Assembly: GCA_030599585.1 (NCBI GenBank)
Contig: JAUVNS010000010.1
Location: 32,001-96,000 of the forward strand
Direction: 5' to 3'
DNA length: 64,000 bases
Origin: Promethearchaeota archaeon
GTDB taxonomy: Archaea; Asgardarchaeota; Lokiarchaeia; Sigyniarchaeales; SOKP01
Below, piece by piece: positions 27,345 to 37,942 of this stretch. The notes beneath the pieces are model-generated. The model did not search any database. It had not been told where the DNA came from and was given only the letters and a program-made list of their open reading frames with translations. Each line of letters begins with the position of its first letter. Within the stretch, counting starts at the first letter, position 1. Made by a program: the position numbers and the translations under genes.

Positions 27345-29393
27345 TTAAATGTCTAAAACCTTAACTTCGTCAAAATTGGCGAAGATAAACTTTTTACGGG
27401 ATAGAACCTCTTTCCCCATCAATTTAGTAAAGATTAAATCATTTTCTGTATAATCCTCGTACGTAACTTTCTTCAAAGTCCTAGTTTCTTTATTCATTGT
27501 CGTATCATATAATTCTTCAGGGTTCATCTCACCTAAACCCTTATATCTTTGGATTTTTATAGAACCTGAATCCTTTAAATTGTGTTTTGATATAATTTCT
27601 TGCATAAATGCATCTCTTTCACTATCCGAAAAAACAAATTTTTTAGTTTTTTTATATGAGACTTTGTAGAGCGGGGGCACAGCTAAATAAAGAAAACCCC
27701 CATCTATTAAGGCTCGCATATGTCTGAAGAAAAATGTAAGTAAGAGCGTCTCAATATGTTTTCCATCAATATCAGCGTCACACATGATGATTGTCTTGTG
27801 ATATCTTAACTTATTTAAGTCAAAATCACTCTCGGATTCCTCAGATTCCTCAATTTCCCCATTTTCTCCATTTGCTCCATTTTCTTTTTCAGAACCATTA
27901 ACTTCATTAAGTCCTTGGAATCCAATACCCAATGCTTTGATAATTGAAAGGATTTCATTATTTTGGAGAATTTTATCCATTCGTGCCTTTTCTACATTAA
28001 GGATTTTACCCCTAAGAGGTAGTATTGCCTGATAACCTCTATCTCTTCCTTGTTTTGCTGATCCTCCTGCTGAATTACCTTCAACTATGAAAATTTCACA
28101 CTCTTTTGGATCGTTTGACGAGCAATCAGCTAGTTTACCAGGCATTCTCGCGCTATCCAATACAGATTTTCTACGGATCAATAATCGCGCTTTTTGGGCG
28201 GCCTCTCTTGCCAATTTTGCATTGATCGTTTTTAATACTATTTTTTTAGCTATTTGGGGGTGTTCTTCTAAGTATTGAGTCAATTTGTCAGTAACTATTT
28301 GACTTACGATTTGCCTAACATCGGGGTTGCCCAGTTTGATTTTTGTTTGGCTTTCAAATTGTGGATCTGGCAATTTAACAGAAATAACGGCGGATAAACC
28401 TTCTCTCGTATCAGCACCGCTTAGAACGTGTTCTTTATACTTCTTTTCCATAAAGTTTTCAACATAGGAATTAAACGTTCTTGTAAGTGCGGATTTAAAT
28501 CCTGTAAGATGTACTCCTCCCTCAACGGTATTAATTGTATTAGCATAAGTAAGAATATTAGATTGATACGTAGTATTATACTGCATCGCTAAATCAACAT
28601 AAATAGTTGAACCTTCTCCATTTTTGGCCGACTCGCTTATATATATTATGTCATTATGGAGAGGTTGTTTATCTTTATTCAAATAGGAAATAAATTCTTT
28701 GATTCCACCCTCGTAAAAAAACTCTTCTTTCTCGTCTTTAATTTTATTATGAAGCTCAAACCGAGCTTGAGGTGTAAGGAACGCAAGTTCTCGCATCCTC
28801 TTGGTTATGGTAGAAGGATGATAAATTACTTCGTTTTTATCAAATTCAAATATAGTATCGTCAGGATAAAAGGAGATTTTTGTATATGATTTTTGGCTTT
28901 CTATTTTGGTTATTTCTGGTTCTGATACTTTTTTTCCTTTAGAAAATCTTTGTTTGTAGAGTTGTCCATCTCTACAAATTTCAACATCCATCCATTCTGT
29001 AAGCGCATTAACTACTGAAAGCCCAACTCCGTGTAAACCTCCGGAAATTTTATAACTTTTATTATCGAACTTTCCTCCAGAATGCAAATGTTCCATAATT
29101 ACTTCAAGGGCAGGTTGATTGTATTCGGGATGGATATCAATAGGAATACCTCGTCCGTTATCATGAACTAGGACAGAATTATCTTTATAAAGTGTAACTT
29201 TGATTTCGTTGGCGTAGCCACCAATAGCTTCGTCAACAGAGTTATCAAGAACTTCAAAAATAAGATGATGGAGCCCCTTTTTGCCCTGGTCGCCAATATA
29301 CATAGCTGGGCGTTTACGTACTCCTTCCAGGCCTTTTAGAACCTTAATATCATCCGCATCGTATGAGTCTTGATTAGGTTCATTATCAGGCAT
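27345..29393 (-). CDS. gyrB: DNA gyrase subunit B
   Basis: RKRPAMYIG, DNSVDE, GGLHGVG, EGNSAGG, PLRGKILN, DADIDG, YKGLGEM. Confidence 0.97.
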   Translation of the reverse strand: MPDNEPNQDSYDADDIKVLKGLEGVRKRPAMYIGDQGKKGLHHLIFEVLDNSVDEAIGGYANEIKVTLYKDNSVLVHDNGRGIPIDIHPEYNQPALEVIMEHLHSGGKFDNKSYKISGGLHGVGLSVVNALTEWMDVEICRDGQLYKQRFSKGKKVSEPEITKIESQKSYTKISFYPDDTIFEFDKNEVIYHPSTITKRMRELAFLTPQARFELHNKIKDEKEEFFYEGGIKEFISYLNKDKQPLHNDIIYISESAKNGEGSTIYVDLAMQYNTTYQSNILTYANTINTVEGGVHLTGFKSALTRTFNSYVENFMEKKYKEHVLSGADTREGLSAVISVKLPDPQFESQTKIKLGNPDVRQIVSQIVTDKLTQYLEEHPQIAKKIVLKTINAKLAREAAQKARLLIRRKSVLDSARMPGKLADCSSNDPKECEIFIVEGNSAGGSAKQGRDRGYQAILPLRGKILNVEKARMDKILQNNEILSIIKALGIGFQGLNEVNGSEKENGANGENGEIEESEESESDFDLNKLRYHKTIIMCDADIDGKHIETLLLTFFFRHMRALIDGGFLYLAVPPLYKVSYKKTKKFVFSDSERDAFMQEIISKHNLKDSGSIKIQRYKGLGEMNPEELYDTTMNKETRTLKKVTYEDYTENDLIFTKLMGKEVLSRKKFIFANFDEVKVLDI

Positions 29394-29678
29394 AAAAATC
29401 TAATCTCGATTATAAGTGATGTAAAGGTAAATATATCAAATAAAGTTGAAACTAAGGCGATATTTTAACAATTTACATATAATATAAGGTAATGAGAGAT
29501 TATAAATGTTAGCACATTTTTACAGAGTTCGAAACCAATATTTAGTAAAGAATATAAGCCATTATTGCTAAAGATTCTTGTTTTTCTTTTTAATACTCAT
29601 TATGTTCCTAAATTTCTTGAGATTTTAATCAAAAGAGATTTTAATAGCCCCATTTTTATGTCAAAATTTATAGAGGTT

Positions 29679-30542
29679 TCACTCGATTTTTCTGATTTCT
29701 TCCGCTATCTTTATAATTTCCGTCAATTGCTGATTTACATCATGAGTGCGAATTATGTGCGCTCCTTTATAAATTGCTATTGCTGTTGCTGAGAGAGTTC
29801 CATTTAGTCTTTTTTCTGGTTCTGTGATATTTAATATCGCTCCAATAAAAGATTTTCTGGAAATCGCTACTAGTATCGGTTTATTAAGAGAACGAAGTTT
29901 ATATAAATTCCCAATTATTTTCATATCAAATTCGGGAGTTTTTTTATCTACCCATTTTCCAATTCCGGGATCAAGAATTATTTTTTTTCTGTCATATCCT
30001 TTACGTCCCAGTAATTCAATAGTTTTGTTAAATTCACGTTTTATTCCATCAATTGTCAATAAATCTCCCGGAACTTCCTTTGAAGCCATTAAAATAATGG
30101 GTAGCTCGTTTTCTGTAACAAAGTCACCTAAACCGGGGTCAGTTTTTAGGCAACTTACATCGTTAACGATGATTTTCTTCTTAAATTTGGCTGAAATTTC
30201 CATTGCTCTCTGAGCTACTCTTCTATATTGGGTGTCAATTGATAAAGCGATATTATCTGGGATAATTTTACATACAACATTCATTGCTGATTCCATCCGG
30301 TTAATTTCTTCCTCAATAGTTATCTTCTCCGACCAAGGAGCAGTTGATCTAGCACCCAGATCCAATATTGCTGCACCATTATCAATCATATTTTTAGTCG
30401 CAAATTCAATTTTTTTAGCATTGTCGTAGACGGAACCTTTATAGAACGATTCCGGACTTAAATTTAGCACCCCCATAACGATAGTAGAGTAATTATCGCC
30501 AATTTCTAAGAAATCGAAAAATTTTGCATATATTTCATTCAT
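29679..30542 (-). CDS. folP: dihydropteroate synthase
   Basis: MGVLNLSPESFY, SIDT, NDVS, LDPGIG, SRKSFIG, RTHDV. Confidence 0.9.
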   Translation of the reverse strand: MNEIYAKFFDFLEIGDNYSTIVMGVLNLSPESFYKGSVYDNAKKIEFATKNMIDNGAAILDLGARSTAPWSEKITIEEEINRMESAMNVVCKIIPDNIALSIDTQYRRVAQRAMEISAKFKKKIIVNDVSCLKTDPGLGDFVTENELPIILMASKEVPGDLLTIDGIKREFNKTIELLGRKGYDRKKIILDPGIGKWVDKKTPEFDMKIIGNLYKLRSLNKPILVAISRKSFIGAILNITEPEKRLNGTLSATAIAIYKGAHIIRTHDVNQQLTEIIKIAEEIRKIE

Positions 30543-30597
30543 GGTTAACGATATTTTAAAAAAAGTATATCAAATAAGTTTAATTCTTTTTATTATA

Positions 30598-31377
30598 ATG
30601 GAGTTATTTGCACTGAAACTTCCCTTGATTAAAAAAGGAGACCCACTCCTCGATATAATTATATCAGTATTAGATAAGCAAGGAAAATCACTAAAAGAAG
30701 GCGATATTGTCGTCATAGCCGAAAAAGTTGTTGCAACCTCCCAAGGAAGAGTAGTGAATTTATCCGATGTAAAAAAGATTTCTCTAAAGGCAAAAAAACT
30801 CTCTAAACTTTACGACATGGACGAAAGATATGTAGAACTAATACTGAGGGAGGCGTCAATGATTATCGGTGGAATGACACATGTGATATTGGCAAAAGTC
30901 AATGATTTCTTAATCGCTAATGCTGGAATAGATCAGTCTAATGCTGGACCTAACAAGGTTGTATTACTACCAAGCAACTTAAAGAAAGTAGTTTGGGAAT
31001 ATCGCGATAGCCTAAAAATGAAATACAACCTTAAGGATCTTGGATTAATTATTGCTGACTCAAGAGTTCAACCTTTAAGAAAGGGTACGATAGGAATTGC
31101 TATTGCAACAGCAGGATTTGAACCAATCGAAGATTTAATAGGACATCCCGATTTATTCAATCGTCCAATGGAAATCACAACAAGGGCTATAGCAGATGAT
31201 TTAGCTAGCGCTGCGCAATTTTTATTGAGTGAAGCAGATCAAAGAACGCCTGTCGTAATTATCAGAAATAGTAATATTGAATTTACAGAAAACCCCGCGT
31301 CAACTCCAGAAATGGAAGCTGAAAAATGTCTTTACATGAATATATTTTCTAAATACATACAAAGCTTGGAAAAATAA
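30598..31377 (+). CDS. cofE: CofE-family glutamate ligase (F420-0:gamma-glutamyl ligase-like; possibly folate glutamylation)
   Basis: PLIKKGD, GDIVVIAEKVVATSQG, ANAGIDQSN, DSRVQPLRKG, IADDLASAA; start revised to ATG 30598. Confidence 0.85.
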   Translation: MELFALKLPLIKKGDPLLDIIISVLDKQGKSLKEGDIVVIAEKVVATSQGRVVNLSDVKKISLKAKKLSKLYDMDERYVELILREASMIIGGMTHVILAKVNDFLIANAGIDQSNAGPNKVVLLPSNLKKVVWEYRDSLKMKYNLKDLGLIIADSRVQPLRKGTIGIAIATAGFEPIEDLIGHPDLFNRPMEITTRAIADDLASAAQFLLSEADQRTPVVIIRNSNIEFTENPASTPEMEAEKCLYMNIFSKYIQSLEK

Positions 31378-31402
31378 TATTAAATAGTGTTTATCTTAAA
31401 TT

Positions 31403-31951
31403 ATGTCTCTCGTCCCTAAAAAAGTCTTTTTTGTAAAAGGAATAGGCCACCATAAGTCTAAATTATTCGCATTTGAACAAGCCTTAAGAAATGCTGGAAT
31501 AGAAAAGTTCAATTTGGTGAATGTTTCGTCCATTTTACCTCCTCACTGCATTGAGATAAATAAAGAAGAAGGGTTAAATCAGCTCCAACTCGGACAAATT
31601 GTTTTTACAGTATTATCTAGAGCAGATTCGAATAAGTTAAACCAAATGATTTCGGCTTCTATTGGAGTCGCAAAACCCTCTGACAAAGATCAATATGGGT
31701 ATTTAAGCGAACATCATATGTATGACACAAAACCTGAGGAGGTAGGAAACTACACAGAAGAATTGGCTACTGAAATGTTAGCTACAACACTTGGAATTGA
31801 TTTTAATCCCGAAGCAGACTATGATGAGAAACGCAAAGTCTTTAAAATGGGGGGGAAAATCGTTGAAACTAAGCATATTACTGAACATACTACAAGTAAA
31901 AAAGAAAATGAATGGGCTTCAGTTGTTGTTGCGGCAGTATTTATCCTATAA
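31403..31951 (+). CDS. pdaD: pyruvoyl-dependent arginine decarboxylase
   Basis: FEQALRNAGIEKFNLVNVSSILPP (Ser-Ser self-cleavage site), YGYLSEHH. Confidence 0.92.
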   Translation: MSLVPKKVFFVKGIGHHKSKLFAFEQALRNAGIEKFNLVNVSSILPPHCIEINKEEGLNQLQLGQIVFTVLSRADSNKLNQMISASIGVAKPSDKDQYGYLSEHHMYDTKPEEVGNYTEELATEMLATTLGIDFNPEADYDEKRKVFKMGGKIVETKHITEHTTSKKENEWASVVVAAVFIL

Positions 31952-32057
31952 GAATTCCTTTCTTGTTCTAATACTTCAAAAATTTATTATTTTATGCTCT
32001 ATTCTATATGAACAAGCATTAAAAAAAGACATTTTTTTTAATTATCATTTATTCTAA

Positions 32058-33368
32058 TTGTTGAAAATGAAAGAATCTGAATATATAACAATTGAAGAAG
32101 CTTTGAAAAAAGGAACTGGTAAAGTTAATTTAAGGGGATGGGTATACCGACAAAGAGCCTCAAACAAGTTTGTTTTTATCGTGTTGAGAGATGAATCGGA
32201 TATAATTCAATGCGTCATTCCTAAAAGTAAAAATCCAGAAATTTTTGAAAAAGCTGAAAAACTGACGATTGAATCTTCAGTTAAGATTTCTGGCGAGTTA
32301 AAGGAAGATGTGAGAGCTCCCAATGGGTATGAAGTTTCTGTATCGGAGATGGAAATCATCCAAATTGCAGATCCCTTTCCAATAACTGAACACCAATCGC
32401 CTGAACTTTTATACGACAATAGACATCTGTGGATACGATCAAGAAAACTGAACGCCGTTTTAAAAATACGTCACACTGTAGTCGGAGCGATACACAATTT
32501 TTTCAGAGATCGTGGTTACTACGAGTTTGATGCGCCTATTTTCCAGCCTAGTCAATCTGAAGGTGGTGCTACGTTATTTGAAGTTAAATATTTTGATGAT
32601 ATTATGTATCTTAGTCAAACATGGCAGTTGTACGCTGAAGCTGGTATCTTCTCGCTGGGTAAGATATATAATATGGGACCTACATTTCGAGCGGAGAAGT
32701 CAAAAACTTCAAGACATTTAGCGGAATTTTGGATGGCAGAAATGGAAGCTGCATGGATGACACTCGATGGGGCTGTTAAAGTTGCTAAAGATGAAATTAG
32801 ATTTATTGTCCAAGAAGTTTTGAAGCACAACAAAAAAGAACTTGAAATATTAGAAAGAGATATTAAATTACTAGAACATTACGCAAAATCTGAATACCCT
32901 ACCATCAAGTACGCTGAAGCATTAGAAATTCTTAACAACAAATATCAAATGAATGTTCCGTGGGGTAAAGATTTAAGAACAAAAGAAGAGGAAAAAATAG
33001 CGGAACACTTCAAAGTCCCTGTAGTCGTAACGCATTATCCAACGGAGATAATGGGGTTTTATAAACCACCAAGTGAAGAAAATCCCAAAGAAGCGTTATG
33101 TTTTGACATGCTAGCTCCAGAAGGTTATTGTGAAATTATAGGAGGATCGGAAAGAAGTTTATTGGTCGAAGACATGAAAAGAAGATTGGAAGCCGACGGT
33201 GAAGACCCTGAGAATTATAGCTGGTATTTTGCATTGAGATGTTATGGCAGCGTTCCTCACTCGGGTTACGGTTTAGGAGTGGAACGTGTCGTCCAATGGA
33301 TGTGTGGTTTGGATAATATTAAAGACGCAATTCCCTTCCCAAGAACTATGTTAAGAAAATCACCTTAA
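32058..33368 (+). CDS. asnS: asparagine--tRNA ligase
   Basis: OB fold (LRGWV...LRD), YLSQTWQLY, FRAEKSKTSRHLAEFWMAEME, PHSGYGLGVER. Confidence 0.9.
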   Translation: MLKMKESEYITIEEALKKGTGKVNLRGWVYRQRASNKFVFIVLRDESDIIQCVIPKSKNPEIFEKAEKLTIESSVKISGELKEDVRAPNGYEVSVSEMEIIQIADPFPITEHQSPELLYDNRHLWIRSRKLNAVLKIRHTVVGAIHNFFRDRGYYEFDAPIFQPSQSEGGATLFEVKYFDDIMYLSQTWQLYAEAGIFSLGKIYNMGPTFRAEKSKTSRHLAEFWMAEMEAAWMTLDGAVKVAKDEIRFIVQEVLKHNKKELEILERDIKLLEHYAKSEYPTIKYAEALEILNNKYQMNVPWGKDLRTKEEEKIAEHFKVPVVVTHYPTEIMGFYKPPSEENPKEALCFDMLAPEGYCEIIGGSERSLLVEDMKRRLEADGEDPENYSWYFALRCYGSVPHSGYGLGVERVVQWMCGLDNIKDAIPFPRTMLRKSP

Positions 33369-33386
33369 TCTAATTTTTTATTTAAA

Positions 33387-34286
33387 TTAAGCAGTTTCTG
33401 CTTTTAATAATCCGCTTAGCTTTAAGCCGTTTATCATCATTTCAACGTTAAAGGTAAAAAACATCTGGTTCCAAAATTTTGAATTTGGGATTAAGGTTCT
33501 ACAATATTTATTTGTTATAAAGTCGATTGATGGGTTTTCGTTATACCATTCAATTAAGGAGTCCTTTACTTTAAAGTATTGATCTTCCATTTCGTCTAAT
33601 ATTTGTTCAAGGTGTTTATCTTTCCATACTCCAAAATGTGCTAATGAGATTGAGTTTATATCGCTTCTCGTATCTCGTAATTTATTAAACGTTTTAAGAA
33701 GTTCTTGTTCATGAAAATCGGGCGGCATTAGAGGAACAAAAAAGGCATCTTGGTCTAACCTGTTTATAGCTGCATCTCCAGCGAATATATTTTTATTTGT
33801 TTTATCAAATAAACCAATAGAATCCATTGTATGTCCAAATAAATTTAGAACTTCTAGTTCTAACCCATTTATATCGATTATGTCACCTTCTTTTAATGGA
33901 GTAATCTCTCCTTCGAAAGGATATACCTCATCAAATCCCTCAAACCCCTTAATCATTTTTTCCGGATGTTTTAAATTTTCTACCGCATTTTCAGAAGCTA
34001 AAACTTCTACATCCAAATCTTTCATTGAATTATATAATTTTGAGATCCCTTGAGCATGATCCCAATGAGAGTGAGTTAATACGATTTTATGAATAGGGTA
34101 AAGCCCAAAATCTTTGAGTTTTTTTATAATTTTACGAGATTTTAATGTTTCTCCAACGTCAATCATTAATCGCATACCGTTGTTTTCAATGACGTAAATT
34201 GAAAGAAATTTAGGCATTCCCATTGTCATTCCGTCTATTAGATAATAGTTATCACCAAATTTCCCTTCAGAATTGATTATTACTAT
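33387..34286 (-). CDS. MBL-fold metallo-hydrolase (probable ATA start at 34286; first ATG at 34229)
   Basis: THSHWDH, GHT, AGDA, LAHFG; SD AGGTGA 5 nt before ATA. Confidence 0.85.
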   Translation of the reverse strand: MVIINSEGKFGDNYYLIDGMTMGMPKFLSIYVIENNGMRLMIDVGETLKSRKIIKKLKDFGLYPIHKIVLTHSHWDHAQGISKLYNSMKDLDVEVLASENAVENLKHPEKMIKGFEGFDEVYPFEGEITPLKEGDIIDINGLELEVLNLFGHTMDSIGLFDKTNKNIFAGDAAINRLDQDAFFVPLMPPDFHEQELLKTFNKLRDTRSDINSISLAHFGVWKDKHLEQILDEMEDQYFKVKDSLIEWYNENPSIDFITNKYCRTLIPNSKFWNQMFFTFNVEMMINGLKLSGLLKAETA

Positions 34287-34483
34287 TTAGATCACCTTTC
34301 ATTTTAATGTTATATTTTTTTTGGCAAAATTAATATAGAAAATAGATTGTTTTGGATTTAAACTTTAAGGAAGGAAATAGCAAAATGAATTGAATGAAAA
34401 ATGAGTAAAGTTTTTAGTGTACTTGAATTTATAAGTTTAAGAAATAAGGATTAACTGTTCCTTATTGATTCTCTTTTAGTGAT

Positions 34484-35971
34484 TTGGTGTCAATGAAGCT
34501 CTATGAATACATGGGATATGAATTAATTGAAAAGATTAAAGATAGAGACATTAAAATACAAGATATTCTTGAATCATGTCATAAGAGAATAGATGAAGTT
34601 GAGTCCAAACTACACTCATTTGTAAATCTCGATAAAGAAAAGAGTTCAGAAAAAGCAAAAACATATGATGAAAATTTAAAGAAGGGAAAAACAATAGGAA
34701 AACTTTTTGGATTACCCCTAGCTAATAAAGATTTAATCTGCGTAAATGGGTTTCCAACGACTTGTGGCTCAAAAATATTGGAAGGATTTCGTCCTCCTTA
34801 CAATGCATTCGTTATCGATCGTCTTATAAAAGAAGCGGCTATTCATATTGGCAATACAAATATGGACGAGTTTGCAATGGGAGGTTCCACAGAAAATAGT
34901 TGTTATGGACCTACTTATAATCCTTGGGACTTAACTAGAGTTCCAGGAGGATCGAGCGGAGGGTCTGCTGCCGCAGTTGCTTCAGGTCAAGCTATTTTTG
35001 CTTTAGGAAGCGATACAGGGGGGAGTATTAGATGCCCCGCAGCGTTTTGTGGAGTTGTAGGGTTAAAACCTACTTATGGAAGAGTATCGCGTTATGGATT
35101 AGTCGCATTTGCAAATTCATTGGATCAAATTGGTCCAATTACAAAATGTGTTTATGATTCAGCATTAGTCCTTGAAATCATATCAGGTAAGGACCCCCTC
35201 GATTCTACATCGGTAGATATTAAAGTGGATAAATATACAGAAGAGATAAAAAAACCGATTGAAAAAAAAGTACTTGGAATCCCAAAAGAATTTTTCGGAG
35301 AAGCGATTAATAAAGAAGTGAAGAAGTCGATAAATCAATCAATCGAGAAATTGGAAGGTTTAGGAGTAACTACGGTTGAGGTTTCAATTCCTCATTTAGA
35401 ATACACAATCGCTACATATTATTTATTGTGCATGTGCGAAGCAAGCTCAAATTTAGCTAGATATGACGGATTAAGGTATGGTAAAGTCAAAGACGCTCTT
35501 TCGGGGGATGTTTATAGTGCGTTTAGTAGAACGCGAGGAGAAAATTTTGGACCTGAAGTAAGAAGAAGGATTTATTTAGGGACATTTGCACTATCGGCAG
35601 GATATTATGATATGTTTTATATTAAAGCCTTGAAAGTTAGGGCTCTAATCAGAAGAGATTTTGTTGAAGCATTTAAGAAATGTGATTCGCTAGTCTGCCC
35701 AACAATGCCTTCAACAGCGTTTAAGGTTGGATCTTTAATTGAAGATCCGCTGGAAATGTATACTCAAGATATCTTAACTTGTTCTGTTAATTTAGCGGGA
35801 CTTCCAGCACTTTCAATCCCATGTGGTTTTGATAGCAATAATTTACCTATAGGTTTTCAGATTATTGGAGATTATTTTGATGAAAAAGGAATTCTTAATA
35901 TTGGCTTTCAGCTTGAACAAGAGTTAGGTATTTTTCGAAAAACACCCCCATTGACAAGTGGAGGTAAGTAA
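34484..35971 (+). CDS. gatA: Asp/Glu-tRNA amidotransferase subunit A
   Basis: NMDEFAMG, PGGSSGGS, SDTGGSIR, EASSNLARYDG, EVRRRIYLG. Confidence 0.96.
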   Translation: MVSMKLYEYMGYELIEKIKDRDIKIQDILESCHKRIDEVESKLHSFVNLDKEKSSEKAKTYDENLKKGKTIGKLFGLPLANKDLICVNGFPTTCGSKILEGFRPPYNAFVIDRLIKEAAIHIGNTNMDEFAMGGSTENSCYGPTYNPWDLTRVPGGSSGGSAAAVASGQAIFALGSDTGGSIRCPAAFCGVVGLKPTYGRVSRYGLVAFANSLDQIGPITKCVYDSALVLEIISGKDPLDSTSVDIKVDKYTEEIKKPIEKKVLGIPKEFFGEAINKEVKKSINQSIEKLEGLGVTTVEVSIPHLEYTIATYYLLCMCEASSNLARYDGLRYGKVKDALSGDVYSAFSRTRGENFGPEVRRRIYLGTFALSAGYYDMFYIKALKVRALIRRDFVEAFKKCDSLVCPTMPSTAFKVGSLIEDPLEMYTQDILTCSVNLAGLPALSIPCGFDSNNLPIGFQIIGDYFDEKGILNIGFQLEQELGIFRKTPPLTSGGK

Positions 35972-37430
35972 TCTGAGTGAACAAGACAAAAAAGTGATTA
36001 TTGGATTAGAAGTCCACATTCAATTGACTAATCTAAAAACAAAACTGTTTTGTAGTTGTAGCAACGATTATCGCAATGCAGAGCCTAACACTCACATATG
36101 CCCTATTTGTTTAGGTTTACCTGGATCCCTCCCAGTTATAAATGAGAAATCAATAGATTATGCTACTAGATTAGCTTTAGCTTTAGAATGTAATATCAAT
36201 CGTCACTTTTGGTTTTTTCGTAAGAATTATCATTATCCAGACTTAGCAAAGGGGTTTCAAATTAGTCAGTACAATAAAGCGGGAGGTAAAGCTTTTGCTG
36301 ATAAGGGTAAAATTACGATTAGATTAAATAATCACAAAAAAGAGATCTTATTAAACAGAATTCATCTGGAAGAGGATCCTGCGAGATTAGTTCATAAAGG
36401 AAGTATCGCAACGTCACCATATACATTAGTGGATTACAATCGCTCGGGAGTTTGTCTTATTGAAATCGTTACTGAACCGGTTATTAGTTCACCTGAAGAA
36501 GCAAGAGAATTTCTAAAACAACTGAAATCTATTATTCAATACACGGGGATTTCTAACATCGAGCTAGAGGGCTCTGTTAGAGTGGATGCTAACATTTCGC
36601 TAAAAGGAAACAAACGTAGTGAAGTAAAAAACATCAACAGTTTCAGAGAAGTTGAAAGAGCATTAAGACACGAGATTATTAGGCAAAAAAACGCATTAAA
36701 AAGGGGAAAAATATTAATTCAAGAAACAAGACATTGGGACGATAAACTGAGGATCACACAATCATTACGGTCAAAAGAATTCGAAGAAGATTATCGCTAT
36801 TTTCCTGAGCAAGACTTAGGCCCAATCGAAGTTGATAATTCATTTATAGAGCAGATTAAAAGTGATTTGCCGGAAATGCCAACAGAAAGAGCACATAGGC
36901 TTCGTAGAGAATATATGTTATCTGAATTTGATTCAGAAAATTTAGTATTAGATAAACGCATTGCGGATTTTTTTGAAGCTGGAGCAAACGCCGATCCAAC
37001 TTTTGGATCTAAAGAATACAAACAATACTGTAATTGGTTAATGAACAATATATCTGGTTGGCTAAACGAGCATAATTTAACAATTGATAAAACTAAGCTT
37101 ACTCCTAAACACATCCGCGATTTAATCAAATATATACGTGAAGGGAAAATTACATCTAAAATTGCTAAGAGTTTTGTTGATGATGTCATGAGAGGGAATT
37201 CAGTTTCTCAGATTATCAAAGAAAGAGGTCGGACTCGACTTTCTGATGAAAATATCATTAAAAAAATGTGTAACGATGTAATTGATGAAAATCCTCTTAT
37301 TGTTAAAGATTTTTTTAAAAATCCAAAAGCGTTAGAAGCCTTAATCGGTCGTGTTATGGCCAAAACTAAAGGTCAAGCTGATCCTAGTATTACGAGAGAG
37401 ATTATGTCTAATTTATTAAAAAATATTTAA
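35958..37430 (+). CDS. gatB: Asp/Glu-tRNA amidotransferase subunit B (possible CTG start at 35973)
   Basis: IGLEVH, CLGLPG, RKNYHYPDL, HLEED, EVKNINS, DYRYFPE. Confidence 0.96.
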   Translation: MEVSNLSEQDKKVIIGLEVHIQLTNLKTKLFCSCSNDYRNAEPNTHICPICLGLPGSLPVINEKSIDYATRLALALECNINRHFWFFRKNYHYPDLAKGFQISQYNKAGGKAFADKGKITIRLNNHKKEILLNRIHLEEDPARLVHKGSIATSPYTLVDYNRSGVCLIEIVTEPVISSPEEAREFLKQLKSIIQYTGISNIELEGSVRVDANISLKGNKRSEVKNINSFREVERALRHEIIRQKNALKRGKILIQETRHWDDKLRITQSLRSKEFEEDYRYFPEQDLGPIEVDNSFIEQIKSDLPEMPTERAHRLRREYMLSEFDSENLVLDKRIADFFEAGANADPTFGSKEYKQYCNWLMNNISGWLNEHNLTIDKTKLTPKHIRDLIKYIREGKITSKIAKSFVDDVMRGNSVSQIIKERGRTRLSDENIIKKMCNDVIDENPLIVKDFFKNPKALEALIGRVMAKTKGQADPSITREIMSNLLKNI

Positions 37431-37453
37431 AAACAGGAAAAATAAAAAGGTAA

Positions 37454-37810
37454 CTATAGAAGACCTTTTAGAGCGTCTCCTGCTGCTCCTAACTTCAGAT
37501 TAATTATACCAAGTTTCGCATCGGTGGTAGCAATAATTGTTAAGATATTTCCCTCAACTTCACTAAAGAGTATTTTACCTTTTGCACTTTCAATTATTGC
37601 ATTGAAAAATTGGCCCTGTTCCAATTCTTTTGTTGCTCTTTGAGAGGCTTTCAGAATAAGGGTAACCATAGCTGCAACGGCTTCTGGATCGACCCACCCC
37701 GGTAAAGCGCTCCCTTTAATTAAGCCAAATTTCTCAATAATGGCTGCTCCATGAACTCCCTTTATTGATTTAAGACTTTCCAGTACTTGTTTAATCCTTT
37801 CTTCACTCAT
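37454..37810 (-). CDS. Roadblock/LC7 (MglB-like) protein
   Basis: GVHGAAIIEKFGLI...VAAM...ELEQG...IIESAKGKILF...AKLGII. Confidence 0.88.
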   Translation of the reverse strand: MSEERIKQVLESLKSIKGVHGAAIIEKFGLIKGSALPGWVDPEAVAAMVTLILKASQRATKELEQGQFFNAIIESAKGKILFSEVEGNILTIIATTDAKLGIINLKLGAAGDALKGLL

Positions 37811-37942
37811 TTAAACCATTTTAATATGCTTATTTAGAATTATTAGAATAATCTTGTTATTGATATTTAAGATTTAATATTATTTAAGTATTCAAATTTT
37901 GGAATTTAAAAAAAAGAAGGTAAGATAATTACGATTTTGGTT

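Noticed and set aside
24622-29393. Topoisomerase IV, or inteins in gyrase
   Set aside because: GyrA-box is present; lengths are explained by acidic inserts; no intein motifs
30541-30597. N-terminal hydrophobic extension on CofE
   Set aside because: Overlaps the folP start and is AT-rich promoter-like sequence; family similarity begins at ATG 30598
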